Below are positions 1 through 11,609 of a DNA stretch of 64,000 nt, in pieces (within the stretch, counting starts at the first letter, position 1; each line of letters begins with the position of its first letter). Source of the stretch: Syncephalis fuscata S228 (taxonomy: Eukaryota; Fungi; Zoopagomycota); contig JAHLTZ010000062.1 in assembly GCA_025786725.1 (NCBI GenBank), positions 1 to 64,000 of the forward strand, written 5' to 3'. Both the position numbers and the translations under genes were made by a program. The notes beneath the pieces are model-generated. The model was not told the DNA's origin and searched no databases. It saw only the letters and a program-made list of their open reading frames with translations.

Positions 1-3000
1 GTGTCATCTCGACGTCGTTGGTTAGCATATTGTGCCTGTCTATCCTGAGCGTACGATATGTTGTCTTTTACCGCCTTTTGTATCGCTTCTAGTCGCTGTA
101 AAAACTCCTCAGCTGCTGGTACTGTTATATTATCGCTATCAGCTGGCATAGTCGTTGTTATTGGATGACGTCCATATACAGAGAAGAAAGGTGTAATACC
201 AGTAGTAGCGTTAGTACTATTGTTATAGGCAAATTCTAATGCAGGTAAGTATTTATCCCAATCATCTTGTTGTTGGCTAATAACATGACGTAACATTTCT
301 TCGATGGTTCTGTTGGTTCGCTCAGTCTGGCCGTCAGTCTGTGGATGATTTGCAGTTGATCTGGCTAATTTAGTACCGGTAAATTCAAATAAGGCTTCCC
401 AGAATCGGCTAGTAAATCGTGGGTCACGATCAGAGATTATGGATCGTGGAAGACCATGTAGACGATATACATGGTCGAAGTATAGTCGTGCGGTGTCAAC
501 AGCTGTGACAGTGTTGGTAGTAGGCACGAAGTGGGCTTGTTTACTAAAGCGGTCAACTACTACCATTAACGCATCTGCACCTTTTTCAGTGAGTGGTAGA
601 TGTGTAATAAAATCCATACTAACTGAGTCCCATGCATGTGCAGGTATTTCAAGTGGTTGTAATAAGCCACCTGGTCGTCGATTAGTGGCCTTATTACGTT
701 GGCAAGTATCGCAGGAAGTGACATAGCGGTGGACGGTGTTGTGTAGTGATGGCCAGTAAAAATGGCGATGAATAGCCAGGTATGTTTTATCTACACCTAG
801 ATGGCCGGCTACGATGGCATCGTGATGATCGTGTAGTATATCTTGACGTAATTGGTTATTTTTAGGTACACATAATCGATCACCGTTGAAATTAACAATC
901 CATCAGTTAGTCGATACTTGACTAACTTGGTACGAAGAGCTGGAAGTGGCGTTGTCGTATTAAGCTGGGCGTATATTTCACCAAAGTCAACATCGTTGGC
1001 GTACAAGTTTTTAATTTGATCAATATATGTAAAACTGACAGTAGTTAAACTGGACAGTTGTAAATCAGGCCGTCTGGATAATGAATCGGCTACAATATTG
1101 TTTTTCCCGGGCTTATATTCGATCAATACGTCATATTCTTGTAATAGTTCTGACCATCTTGCTTGTCTGGTTGATAAATTCGGTTGACTCTGGAAGTACT
1201 GCAAGGTTTTTATGGTCAGTATACGCGTGAAATGACGATCCATGTAAGTAGTGGCGCCAAATCTTTAAAGCATCTATTAATGCTAATAGTTCTTGTTCAT
1301 GTACCGGATAATTGCGTTCAGCGGGCTTCATTTTGCGCGAATGATAAGCAATGGGTGCCAATGGCCATCACGATCTTGCTGCACAAGGCAGCACCTACAG
1401 CAAAGCCAGAAGCATCGGTTTCTACACGGAAGGCTGATGTACGTCGACTATTTGTAATACTGGAGCTTGGGTCATTGTCTTCTTTAGTATATCAATGATT
1501 TTTGAGCTTCAATGGTCCATAAGAAACGACGATCTTGACATAGTAGATCGGTAAGTGGTGTGGCTATAGCAGAGTAATTTTTAATAAACTTTCTATAGTA
1601 GTTGGCCAAGCCTGTAAAAGCGCGTATATCAGTGACGTTTCGTGGTGTAGGCCAATCAGAAATGGCCTTTATCTTAGCTGGATCAGCTTTTACACCATTA
1701 GCACATAGCAAATGGCCTAAATATTCAACTTCATCCTTAAATAATTCACATTTTGACCATTTGGCGTATAAGTGGTTGTCGCGAAGTATTTGTAATACTT
1801 GGCGTAGGTGTCGTTCGTGGTCTTCTGGTGTTTACTGTAGATGAGAATATCGTCCAATAGACAATAACACATTTGTCTAGTAATGGCCTAAATAGATAGT
1901 TTACCAGTGTTTGAAAACTGGATGGTGCATTACTTTGACCAAAACTAACTACTAGCCATTCAAAGTGACCATAGCGGGTGCGAAAGGCCGTCTTGGGTAT
2001 ATCCTCTTCTACTACACGTAGTTGATGATAAGCAGAGCGTAGATCTATCTTAGAAAAGACAGTTGCGCCTAACACTTGGTCGAATAAATCTTCAATCCTT
2101 GGCAATGGGTACTTGTTCTTGATAGTGATTTTATTCAGCGCTCGATAATCAACACACATGCGCATACCACCATCTTTCTTCTTGACGAAAAGAACAGGCG
2201 CACCGTAGGGCGATATACTAGGACGAATATATCCCGCGTCAAGTAATTCGGTAAGTTGTGTTTTAAGTTCTTTAAGTTCCAGAGGGGACAATCGGTATAA
2301 GGCGTTACTGGGTGGTGTTGCGCCTGGTATCAAATCGATACGATGATCTAATCCATCACGTTTTGGCGGCAATTGTTTCGGTAGTTTGTCGGGAAATACG
2401 TCAGCAAAGTCGTTGCGTAATCCAGTCAATACTGGAGTGATGGATGGGTCATTTGAGTGATTAGCAGCTTCATTTAGCGGATTATCGGCTGGTCGTACAA
2501 TGGCTAGGTGTAATTCATCTGTTCGTTTAGCATAGCGTTTAAATTGTAAGGCAGATAATGGCAATATGGTTGGTTGTCTATGTGCATTTGCTTGCCATAC
2601 AATGTGTCGATTATCATGCATAAACGTAACAGTGTTAATTAACCAATCTATCTGTGGATTATAGCGGGCTAGCCACGGTTTACCGAGTATTACGTCGTGT
2701 TCTAAAGGAACAACCAAAAACGATAAACGGTCTTTGTAACCAGTGGAAGTAAGGAGCGCACCAGCCAGTTGGCGGTCACACGTATACGAACGGCCATCTG
2801 CCACGTGTACGGTCGATGGGTATTTAACTTTATGGGTGTGTGCGCGAATATGTTTCACAAGATTTGCGGATACAAAGTTATCAGCTGCTCCACTATCTAT
2901 TAGTACCGTAACTTTTCTACCTAATAAACGAGCATTGATACGTAATAAATCGTGAGCGTGTGGATATTTTGACAATAAACTTTGTTCCTTTAAAAGTGCA

Positions 3001-3089
3001 TCAGTGTCATCAACAACATTAGCATGAGGAAATAATGGCGCAGAAACAAGCAATTCATCATCAGAAGTAAGCGAGAGAAGATCGGGGTG

Positions 3090-3162
3090 GCATCAACAGA
3101 AATAGTATTTAGTTGGCACCAGTAGGTTGTGATGCTGACACTACTGGTGCTGGACTTTTCCG
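3090..3162 (-). other. Putative -1 ribosomal frameshift cassette at the gag-pol junction of element A
   Basis: C GGA AAA (3162-3156), 5-nt spacer, 10-bp stem GCACCAGTAG/CTACTGGTGC, loop GCATCA complementary to downstream TGATGC; predicted gag stop TAG lies in the stem. Confidence 0.6.
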
Positions 3163-4120
3163 TATCAAAGGACAAAACGCATGATGTGGCCATATTGGCG
3201 ACAGCGGAAACAGCCGCCGTTTTGTCGTAACGTTTCGCGTTCAGCATCAGTGAGTGGGGTAACCGATTAATGGTGTTAGTTCCATTGGTATAGGGCCATT
3301 TCTTGGTTGTGTGTTAATCGGAGGGCGAAACTGTTGTTGTTGCGTTGGACGAGGTGTGTTATGGCGAACGTTGTTAGTTGATGATTTGCCAATGTACTGC
3401 GTAACGAATCAAAATGAGTAGCCACTTCTATGGCTGATTGTAATGTAGACGGTGTAGCTTTTGTACTTCGTATTTAACTTCGTGATTCAGTCCATTAATA
3501 ACATAATACGTAAAGCTAACTGCCACATTTCGGAATCAGCATAGGAAAAGTGTGCCTAAATTGTTAAATTCTAACGTATAATCATTGACACTTTTGTTGG
3601 CTTGTCGTAACATGTGAAGACGACTAAAAGCGTCTTCTTCTACCGAAGTACCGGGACAGATGTGTTGGCGTAGTGCGTGAGCAAACGCACTCCAAGTGGT
3701 ATATGGATGACTATAGTCACCGTCAGAGTGAATAGTATTACTCTGCCACCAACTAGAGGCAGTGCCATCTAAATAAGTGGCGGCTACTTCGATGCGTTCA
3801 ATTTCATCAGGGATATACCTGACATATTGCCGTGCACGGTACAACCAAGTCTCTACTGAAATATCCTTATCATTGCCGTTGTATCGTGGCGGGGCAGATG
3901 GACGAGCAGTAGGAGGGGCAGTGACAGAAGTAGATGGAATAGCGGCAATAGCAGCGGCAGTATTGGCAGCGGCAGTAACAACAGCATCGGCAGTAGCAGC
4001 ATTATTTTGGGACACAATTTGCGTTACCAAACTTGAAATAAAGTCAGCGTTGGTAACGAAACTTGTGTTAGGCAATTCTGGGTTCATAATGGGTGTTATT
4101 TCTTCTTGAGTATCAGTAGT

Positions 4121-4208
4121 GTATTCGTTCGTGTGGCTTGTGATCGGTGGTTCGTACTGGGTATCGGTGTATTCGTTCGTGTGGCTTGTGATCGGTGGTT
4201 CGTACTGG
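4121..4208 (-). repeat. 48-bp-period tandem duplication in the gag N-terminus (QYEPPITSHTNEY x2)
   Basis: gtattcgttcgtgtggcttgtgatcggtggttcgtactgg at 4121-4160 and 4169-4208. Confidence 0.9.
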
Positions 4209-4351
4209 TTATCTGGGTATCGAAAGGTTACTGGTGGATCTTGGATGAGTTCGTCGGCGAAAGATTGACGGGCTTGTTCGTGGTCGAAGTATTTCGCACC
4301 ACGTCGTTGGTTCATATCACTGTAAGTCAAGGCAACGAGGTGGATAGGTTT

Positions 4352-4370
4352 AAACTACCCGTTGCTACCA
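4352..4370 (-). promoter_or_regulatory. Primer-binding site of element A (initiator tRNA-Met type)
   Basis: Minus strand TGGTAGCAACGGGTAGTTT next to the LTR end; its complement ...AAACUACCCGUUGCUACCA fits a eukaryotic tRNAi-Met 3' end. Confidence 0.85.
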
Positions 4371-4372
4371 TA

Positions 4373-4710
4373 TGTAACCGTAGATACAGCGAACTGTTGC
4401 GGTTACTACGAGTCACAATACAATAATGTATATAAAATAAAAATGAATATTGAAAGTGAACTAATGTCTTTATTTGTGGTCATAATCATACGCGTATTTA
4501 TATTGTTCTATTGGATATATGGAATATCTAAGTAGAACAATAAAAGAAAATAAAATAAAAATAAAAGAAAATAAAAGATAAAGATAAAACAATACGCGGT
4601 GGCGGAGTGTTAACTTCATCGTGGACCATGTGTGATGATCGGTGTGTTTAAACACCGATCATAATGTCTAAAAATGGTAATAATAAATGAGAGGGAGAAT
4701 TTTTGTTACA
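4373..4710 (-). repeat. 5' LTR of element A (338 bp)
   Basis: Bounded by TGTAAC...GTTACA inverted termini, 2 nt from the PBS; the other end interrupts the RNase H of element B. Confidence 0.85.
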
Positions 4711-6371
4711 ATAATTCTTTTCGGCTGCCTGTAATATACGTGACATAAATGCACAGGATGTTCATTATTATCGGTTATTTGTGATAATACTGCACCAATT
4801 GCATAATCAGATGCATCTGTAGTAACGATAATGGTGCATTAACATTTGGTATAACCAATACCGGTGCTGTAACTATCGCATTACGTAGTGTGTCAAATGC
4901 TGTATTTTGATTATCTCCCCATGTGAATGGCTCATCATTCTTAGTCAATTGACTTAAATGCCGTGCAGTATCAGCATATCCACGAATAAACCGTCTATAA
5001 TAGCCAGTTAATCCGAGGAAGAGCGCAGTTCTTTCAGATTGTTTGGTATAGGCCAATTTGCAATAGCCATTACTTTATCGTGTAGTGGTCTTATACCCTC
5101 GCCACTAACAATATGTCCCAAAAATTCCACCTCATCTTTACCAAATTCACATTTGCTTAATTTGGCATATAATTTGTTTTCTCTTAGTAATTGTAACACT
5201 TGCGTAAGTGCCACTCATGTTCGGTATGATTTTTACTAAATATAAAATATCATCCAAAATACCACTACACACTTGTCTAGTAATTTATGAAATACATTAT
5301 GCATTAATCGCATAAATACTGACGGTGCATTAGTCAATCCAAATCCCATCACCGTCCACTCATAATGCCCATAGCGCGTTCTAAACGCTGTTTTGTGAAT
5401 ATCATCCTCATTTACTCTTATTTGATGATATCCACTTCTCAAATCTATTTTGAGAATACTTTCGCCCATGTAACTGATCGAATAATTCATCGATCAGTGG
5501 CAACGCATAACGATCACGAATTGTTTGTGCGTTTAACATTCTGTAATCCACACACATACGTAAATCACCTCCTTTCTTCCGCACAAATAGTACAGGTGCA
5601 CCAAATGGTGATGTACTAGGCCTAATAAGCCTTTTTCTAACAAATCATCGATCTGTTTCTTCAACTCGTCTAACTCTTTCTTTGCCAGATGGTATGTAGG
5701 CCGAAATGGTGGCTGCTGATGTGGCACCAAATTGATACGTATATCAATGTCTCTTTTTGGTGGTAAACCAGGTGGTATTCTTCTGGTCCAACATCGGCAA
5801 ATTCACCCAACAATCGCGCGTAACGGCCATTTAACGATGTATCATTTTTTTCTTTGTTTTCTTTATCATCGCTAATAAAATCATATCATTGGCTTCTGTT
5901 TGCTCGACTTCTTCTATTGACATGAATGAAGGCTGAATTTTGTCGGTAATTTCTAATTACTTTTGGGTGCTGAATTACAATTAGAATAATAACACCGGTC
6001 TTCCAATCTACTTGCGCTTCATGTTTTCTTAGCCATGGCATACCCAGCACTGCATTATAGTTGCCCAATTTCATAATAGTAAATCAATTTGTTCTTTCAG
6101 ATAATTGAAAATATAGGCACTTTATTAGCAGTACCAGATACACCGCACTCCATACCATTTCCCACTTTACATTGGCTGAATTTGCTTGTTTCGTAACATG
6201 TACTTGAGCCCTCTTGGCAAATTCAATATCCATAAAGTTGGTGGATGCACCAGAATCGATTAATACATGGGCTGGAACACCATTGATTTTGAGTGCTACT
6301 GTATTAAACCGGAGCTAGCGCGACCTTGAATGAGTGTAGACTGCTCAAATCCGGGTGGTATCGGAGTATTA

Positions 6372-6429
6372 GCGGCAACCTGGCCGTCAGTAGTGTGCCG
6401 CACTTAATTACTGACGGTTGTCGTTTCCC
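6372..6429 (-). other. -1 programmed ribosomal frameshift signal (G GGA AAC plus H-type pseudoknot) at the gag-pol junction of element B
   Basis: Heptamer 6429-6423, spacer GACAA, stem 1 CCGTCAGTA/TACTGACGG, stem 2 GCGGCA/TGCCGC; gag ends GNDNRQ*. Confidence 0.8.
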
Positions 6430-7363
6430 TGAATTACGTTGTTGTTTGCTTGGACGTCGACATTTGTTGATTGTAAATCTAGCTGTTAGATTGCTGTTGA
6501 TTGTTGTTATCGCGGTTATTGTAATTACGGTTGTTATTGCGATTACAATTTCTGGCTAGATGGCCACGTTTGTTACATGTGTAACATCTAGGCCCGTTAT
6601 TGTAATTTTTACGGTTATTGTAATTACTGCTGTTGCTATTATTAATAAAACCTAAACTATTTAAAGCTTGGACTATAGTATCTAAATCCATTGGTGTTGG
6701 GCCGTTATTAGATTTAGTTGGTGGTGGTATTAAGTGTTGTAATCCATGTTTCCTTGAGTAATAGAAGCACGTGTGGAAGCGTAAGCTTCGTTGATATTGG
6801 TGGGTTTATTATGTATCGAATCGGTTAAGTATTCCGGCGGCAATGTAAGTCGAATGCCGTAACCAATTCCATGTCAGCGGCATCTGGAATTCGACTACGC
6901 AGTGCTGTGAAATTTGTAATATGTTCTTCAATGTCTTTATCTTCTGTCCAGCGCAATCGTGTGAGTTCCAAACGCGCGATGTCCGCTGATCGATTGCCAC
7001 CAAAACGTTCTAAAATTCCGTCCCTTAGTTGTTCCCACGTGCTATATGGCGTATTACCGCCGCGTATCGATTGATACCAAACTGCCGCTGGTCCCGATAG
7101 TTGTTGGGACGCCATTATACGTTTTTGTTCGTCTGTAAATGTACCCAATTCCCATGCGTCTTCTACCATGTTACACCAATGTTCCACAGGCAAACTGGAA
7201 TCACCGGTGAACTTTTCGGTGTGTGTGAGTGGTGAGCGGGAATTCATGGTGAGAATAAAATCGGTCTCAACGTGTACTATATACTGAATCGTAATTTTAA
7301 AACAGCGGTGCTTATTTTCAAACACTGATAAGCAAAAATAAAATAAAATTGAAAAGAGGACAA

Positions 7364-7535
7364 TGCGACAAACGCGATATACGGTGCGACAAACGCAAAA
7401 TAACGGTGCGACAAACGCAAAATAACGGTGCGACAAACGCAAAAATAAACGGTGCGACAAACGCAAAAATAACGGTGCGACAAACGCAAAATAACGGTGC
7501 GACAAACGCAAAAATAACGGTGCGACAAACGCAAA
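7364..7535. repeat. Tandem array of 8 units (21-24 bp, TGCGACAAACGC-A(4-5)-TAACGG) in the 5' leader of element B
   Basis: Eight exact TGCGACAAACGC cores between the PBS and gag; no unique spacers. Confidence 0.95.
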
Positions 7536-7542
7536 TACTAGT

Positions 7543-7560
7543 AACTACCCGTTGCTACCA
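7543..7560 (-). promoter_or_regulatory. Primer-binding site of element B (initiator tRNA-Met type)
   Basis: Minus strand TGGTAGCAACGGGTAGTT, identical to the element A PBS, 1 nt from the LTR. Confidence 0.85.
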
Positions 7561-7561
7561 A

Positions 7562-7732
7562 TGTAACAACCGTAAAATAGGATATAATGGAATAAAGATT
7601 ATCTTTTATTAAACAGAAATTGTGTGTTATTTATAAGCTTTGCGGAGCTTTAATTTAAGGTGTTGTGGGAAAATAATTGCATAATATTTAAATTATACAA
7701 TTATTTCCCGTAACGAATATAATATCGTTACA
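7562..7732 (-). repeat. 5' LTR of element B (171 bp)
   Basis: TGTAAC...GTTACA termini; similarity to family A gag starts at 7733. Confidence 0.8.
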
Positions 7733-7912
7733 GGATGTTATTTCTTTTGTGTGACAGTAGTATATTCGTTGGTGAAACTTGTGATCGGTTGTTCGTAATG
7801 GGTATTGGTGTGTTGAGAAATCACTGGTAGATCTTGGATGAGTTTGTCAGCAAAAGACCGGCGGGCTTGTTCGTGGTTAAAGTATTTAGCACCACGACGT
7901 TGATTCATATCT
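7733..7912 (-). mobile_element. Older family A-like gag 5' fragment that served as the insertion target of element B
   Basis: MNQRRGAKYFNHEQARRSFADKLIQD versus MNQRRGAKYFDHEQARQSFADELIQD at 4315; clear nucleotide similarity to 4091-4320. Confidence 0.88.
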
Positions 7913-8574
7913 GTTGTAGTAAACAGTTGGTTCAATAGGAAACAATTGGATATGAGATAAATGGATAATGATTTTGTTTTATGTAGTAAATTGTTGCTGT
8001 ATTTATAGCAATGTAAGTGTATGTAGAAAATACTCGTTTCATTGTAATGGAATGTTGTCGAATGTTTATTGATGTCATAGGACATCAAAAACATTGGGAA
8101 ATCTAGATTTCATATTTTGCTTACTATATTTAGTAATTATGATCGGGAAGATCAGGGTGACGTAATAATCCCAAATGTCATAAATGCTGAGTTGTGAATC
8201 TAAAAATAGAATTTTAACAAAAATAAAGTAGCTGATAATGCCTATTAAAAATACTAAATTATGTGCTCTTTTATAGTAAAATGAGCTAAGATTAAGAGTA
8301 TTTGTAAAGAAAAACTTGTTGTTCCTTCCTTTTAATATTGTATATGGGTATTAAGTTACTTAAAGTAAATTAGTACCCATGTTCTGTACTTATTATGTTA
8401 GTTGGGGGTACTAGCGCGTGTTAAGTAAAAGCTACACAATGTTGTACCTGACTAGATCACGTGACTAGATGCCAAATTAATTATAATTACCATATTTGGT
8501 AATAGATAATAATTCATCATGTGATCAAATTATTATTATTAGTGCCTTCGTAACAATGTGATGGTGGCGTCCAC

Positions 8575-9290
8575 GTCATTTTGAACCACAGCGATAGCAT
8601 ATGTGGGGTATAGATTTTTTGCCGTTGTTTTTGGTGCTATACCAAAGACCAATTCGAATGGCGAATAACCAATAGTGTCTTGTCTTCGACTGTTATATTG
8701 GTGGGTGATTTGCGGTAGTAATCGATACCAATGTGTCGTGGATGGTCGATCGGTGGCATATTTAGCTAATAGTTCTTTGAGTTTACGATTTGTGCGTTCA
8801 ATAGTCCATTAGTTTGAGGGTGATATGGGCTAGATTATGCGTGTGTAATGTCGTGTTTTTCTAGCAATTTTTTTACTGATCCAGTAAATTCTTTACCATG
8901 ATCTGTAAGTATTTCAGACGGAATACTGTGACGATTCAAATTTACTCTTCAATAAACTGAGCAACTCTAGCAGCTGTATTGGCTCCGATAGCTCTAGTTT
9001 TAATCCATTTGGTCAGATAATCGATAGCAACAACAATGTATCGTTTGTTGGTTGAACTACGAGGTAGTGTAATTAAATCAATACCGAACCGGTGAAATGG
9101 TGCAATAATGGGTATTGGTTTTAATGATTGTACGTGTCGTATTTGCGTCCTTAATTGGCAGTTACAACAGCCTCGAATATATGCTTGTATATCGCTGTCC
9201 ATTTATGTCCAAAAATAACGGCGTTTAATTAATTCACACGTACTATGATTGGCAAAGTGTCCTGCTTCATCATGGTGTAGTTGTAATAGT
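8575..9290 (-). mobile_element. Degenerate gypsy/Ginger-type integrase fragment
   Basis: HHCC finger (HHDEAGH...CCNCQ), core PFHRFGIDL, IVVAIDYLTKW, SEILTDHGKEF; contains stops and frameshifts. Confidence 0.85.
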
Positions 9291-9761
9291 GTAACTAATA
9301 TTGTCGCACTTTTAACACTTGGTTTATCGTAACAAGAAAGTTGTTATCATTTTACTTGTTACGCAAACGCTACATGTTACAATTATAATCATACATTAAT
9401 TGTTTTTTGTATGGTTATAATTCTATTATTTCGTACTAATTATTAAATGTAAGCTTAGTCTAACAATCACTGCTAGACTGAGATAATCAGAAAAGACTCT
9501 AAATTCAGTAATAAAGAGAATAAATTTAAAGTAAAAAATACTTGTACCATTTTGTCGCGATCTGTCCATTCATGTCTTCTAGCATCTCGTTCAAATTGTA
9601 TTAGCCATAAAATTGGATATTCGTTCTGTACTGTTCCTTCAAATGGCAAAATGTTACTGCCTACTTTTAGCGTAATTTGATAATTTGATATTAGCGCGTG
9701 ATAATCGTATTCTTAATTATTAAATATTGCTGGTACTTATTGGCAAGTATATTCCTTTTTT

Positions 9762-10375
9762 TTACTGAAATGATGGCAAATTAATATGTTGATTTAGTGG
9801 TGGTTGACTATTGGCGTTTAATACACTTCTTGGGTCGGGAAGTATAAGCTGTGTGTTAGCGGTTGGTCTTAAACCGTAATCTCTATTAAAACTAGTAGTC
9901 GACTGTTTCTCTTTCCTACTTTTAATAATAAAATACAGTTGTTTATCTACTTTAATAAATAGTGATTCTTTTATCTTTTGTTCCATTCCGTCTGCTACCA
10001 TGTCCTTAATTCCATCTCTACCTAAGTCTACTGCCATTTGACCTAAAAAATGGGCTAGTGATAATACAAATCGTTTCATATCTGTCTGGTCACCTTTTCG
10101 CGCATGGATGCGATTATAGAACTCCATGCTAATATTGATTTGTCTAGGCTGCCTGTGCAGTTTATATTTTGTATGAATAATAGTATTCTGCCGCGTAGTG
10201 ATTCTAACTCTTTTGGGACGTCTTTTATGAAAGCTGAATTATATACTTCTTCGGTGTTATCGTCAGTTAGTTGACTAACAATAAGTTCAAGTGTATTTTT
10301 ATATTTTTGCATTGTCTCGTGTTTGGATGGTCCAAGCGGTGGCCTTTTTAACGCGTCTTTAGTTGGACCATCCAT
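9762..10375 (-). pseudogene. Two overlapping ORF fragments, possibly a decayed gag
   Basis: Frameshift-linked ORFs upstream of the integrase fragment on the same strand; no motif recognised. Confidence 0.3.
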
Positions 10376-11609
10376 TGTACCATATCTTGTTCTTTTAGTA
10401 CCAAGAGATCTTTCGGGATTGATAGAATTGTTTTACTAGTCTGAGTGGGCTTGTTAAATGTTATTATTCTATCCCTGGTAGAATAGTAACATCATGTAAC
10501 TATGGTATCGAAAAGTGTATTTTCAATAATCTAACGGTATTAATTACGTATTTTATGTTATCATATGTGATCTAATTTTTATCTTTGTTCTTTCCATATC
10601 AACCAAACTAGATGTTTATAGAGTACATTAATAATAATAATAATAATAATAATGCATTTTTCGCCCCTGAATTTCATTTCATGTCAATAGTAATATCAGT
10701 CAAAAACAACATGCAAAATTTAAATAACAATGATAATAATAGAGCGACGGATAATAGTTTATTGCAATATAGGCAATGTATATATTTATATTAAGCATGA
10801 GCTACACAAATATCTATATATAAATATTATGCCAAGCAATCTCTAAAAGCTTCATATCTTTGGCTCTATATTTAATTGCAACTACATTACCTGTTATTGC
10901 GTAATCTCACGTGCTTTAATTATTTACATTATTAGTACCCTGTTAGCATATTTATTTACTTAAATAGTCAGCTATGTATGATACTCGTATAGTTTTTATA
11001 TTGTTCTAAACAAGGCAACTAATTAATAATAAAACATAATATAGTAGAATTCAATAATTTATTAAAAATAACAAACTATGCGTGTATCTATATATAGTAA
11101 ATGATACACAAATGTCTGTTTATGTATATGCTAAGCAATTTCCAAAGCATAAAACTCTTGATTATAAATGATAACCTATGTGTCTTTAAGGCAAGAAACT
11201 AACATTATAATTAATTTTAAACTTCAAAATTCAAATTGAATTTTGAAGTATCAAAATAGTAATGGCTTTTCAAAATCAATAAATCGTAAATCAACACAGA
11301 ATTGATGTGTAATTTGCATATTAATTTGTTTTTAATACATCAGCTTATCATAATGAATTGTGATTTGGCCAAGTAATTTACCGCAATTTATATAAACTCA
11401 AATTTATTAACACAACAAATATTTAATTGCTGAATATATACTAAAATATAGCTATTTACGATTACACAATAGTTATGTGTAGACTTAGTCATGGTTTACT
11501 GCATTTTAAAGATATCAGTACTATTTTAGATAACTTTTAATTTATAATTTATTGACATCAAGTAAAATTCATAAAGGCAGTGATGCCATAGCTTATTTTA
11601 ATTTAGAAA

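Larger units (their letters stand above)
1..4710 (-). mobile_element. Ty3/gypsy LTR retrotransposon, family A (5' LTR, PBS, gag, PR, RT, RNase H, integrase; runs off the left edge)
   Basis: Gag from ATG 4315 (PPRYNG, YLDGTASSWW), CCHC knuckle CFRCRQYGH near 3185-3212, protease LIDSGA, RT motifs [33 protein letters not shown], RNase [12 protein letters not shown], integrase near 1-800. PR-RT-RH-IN order is gypsy-type. ORFs are broken by 1-nt indels. Confidence 0.96.
4711..7732 (-). mobile_element. Ty3/gypsy LTR retrotransposon, family B (5' LTR, PBS, gag, PR, RT, partial RNase H), interrupted by element A
   Basis: Gag from ATG 7247 (EKFTG, LSGPAAVWY), knuckle CYTCNKRGHLARNC, protease LIDSGA near 6250, [12 protein letters not shown] and [13 protein letters not shown], RNase H TDASDYAIGAVLSQ...AAEKNY cut at 4711. 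Confidence 0.95.

Noticed and set aside
7364-7535. CRISPR-like look of the repeat array and the long repetitive ORFs across it
   Set aside because: No unique spacers, no cas genes, eukaryotic context; the ORFs are just translations of the repeat.
10720-11150. Degenerate direct repeat (TACACAAAT...AAGCAAT) near 10800 and 11105
   Set aside because: Short, AT-rich and highly diverged, with no definable ends.
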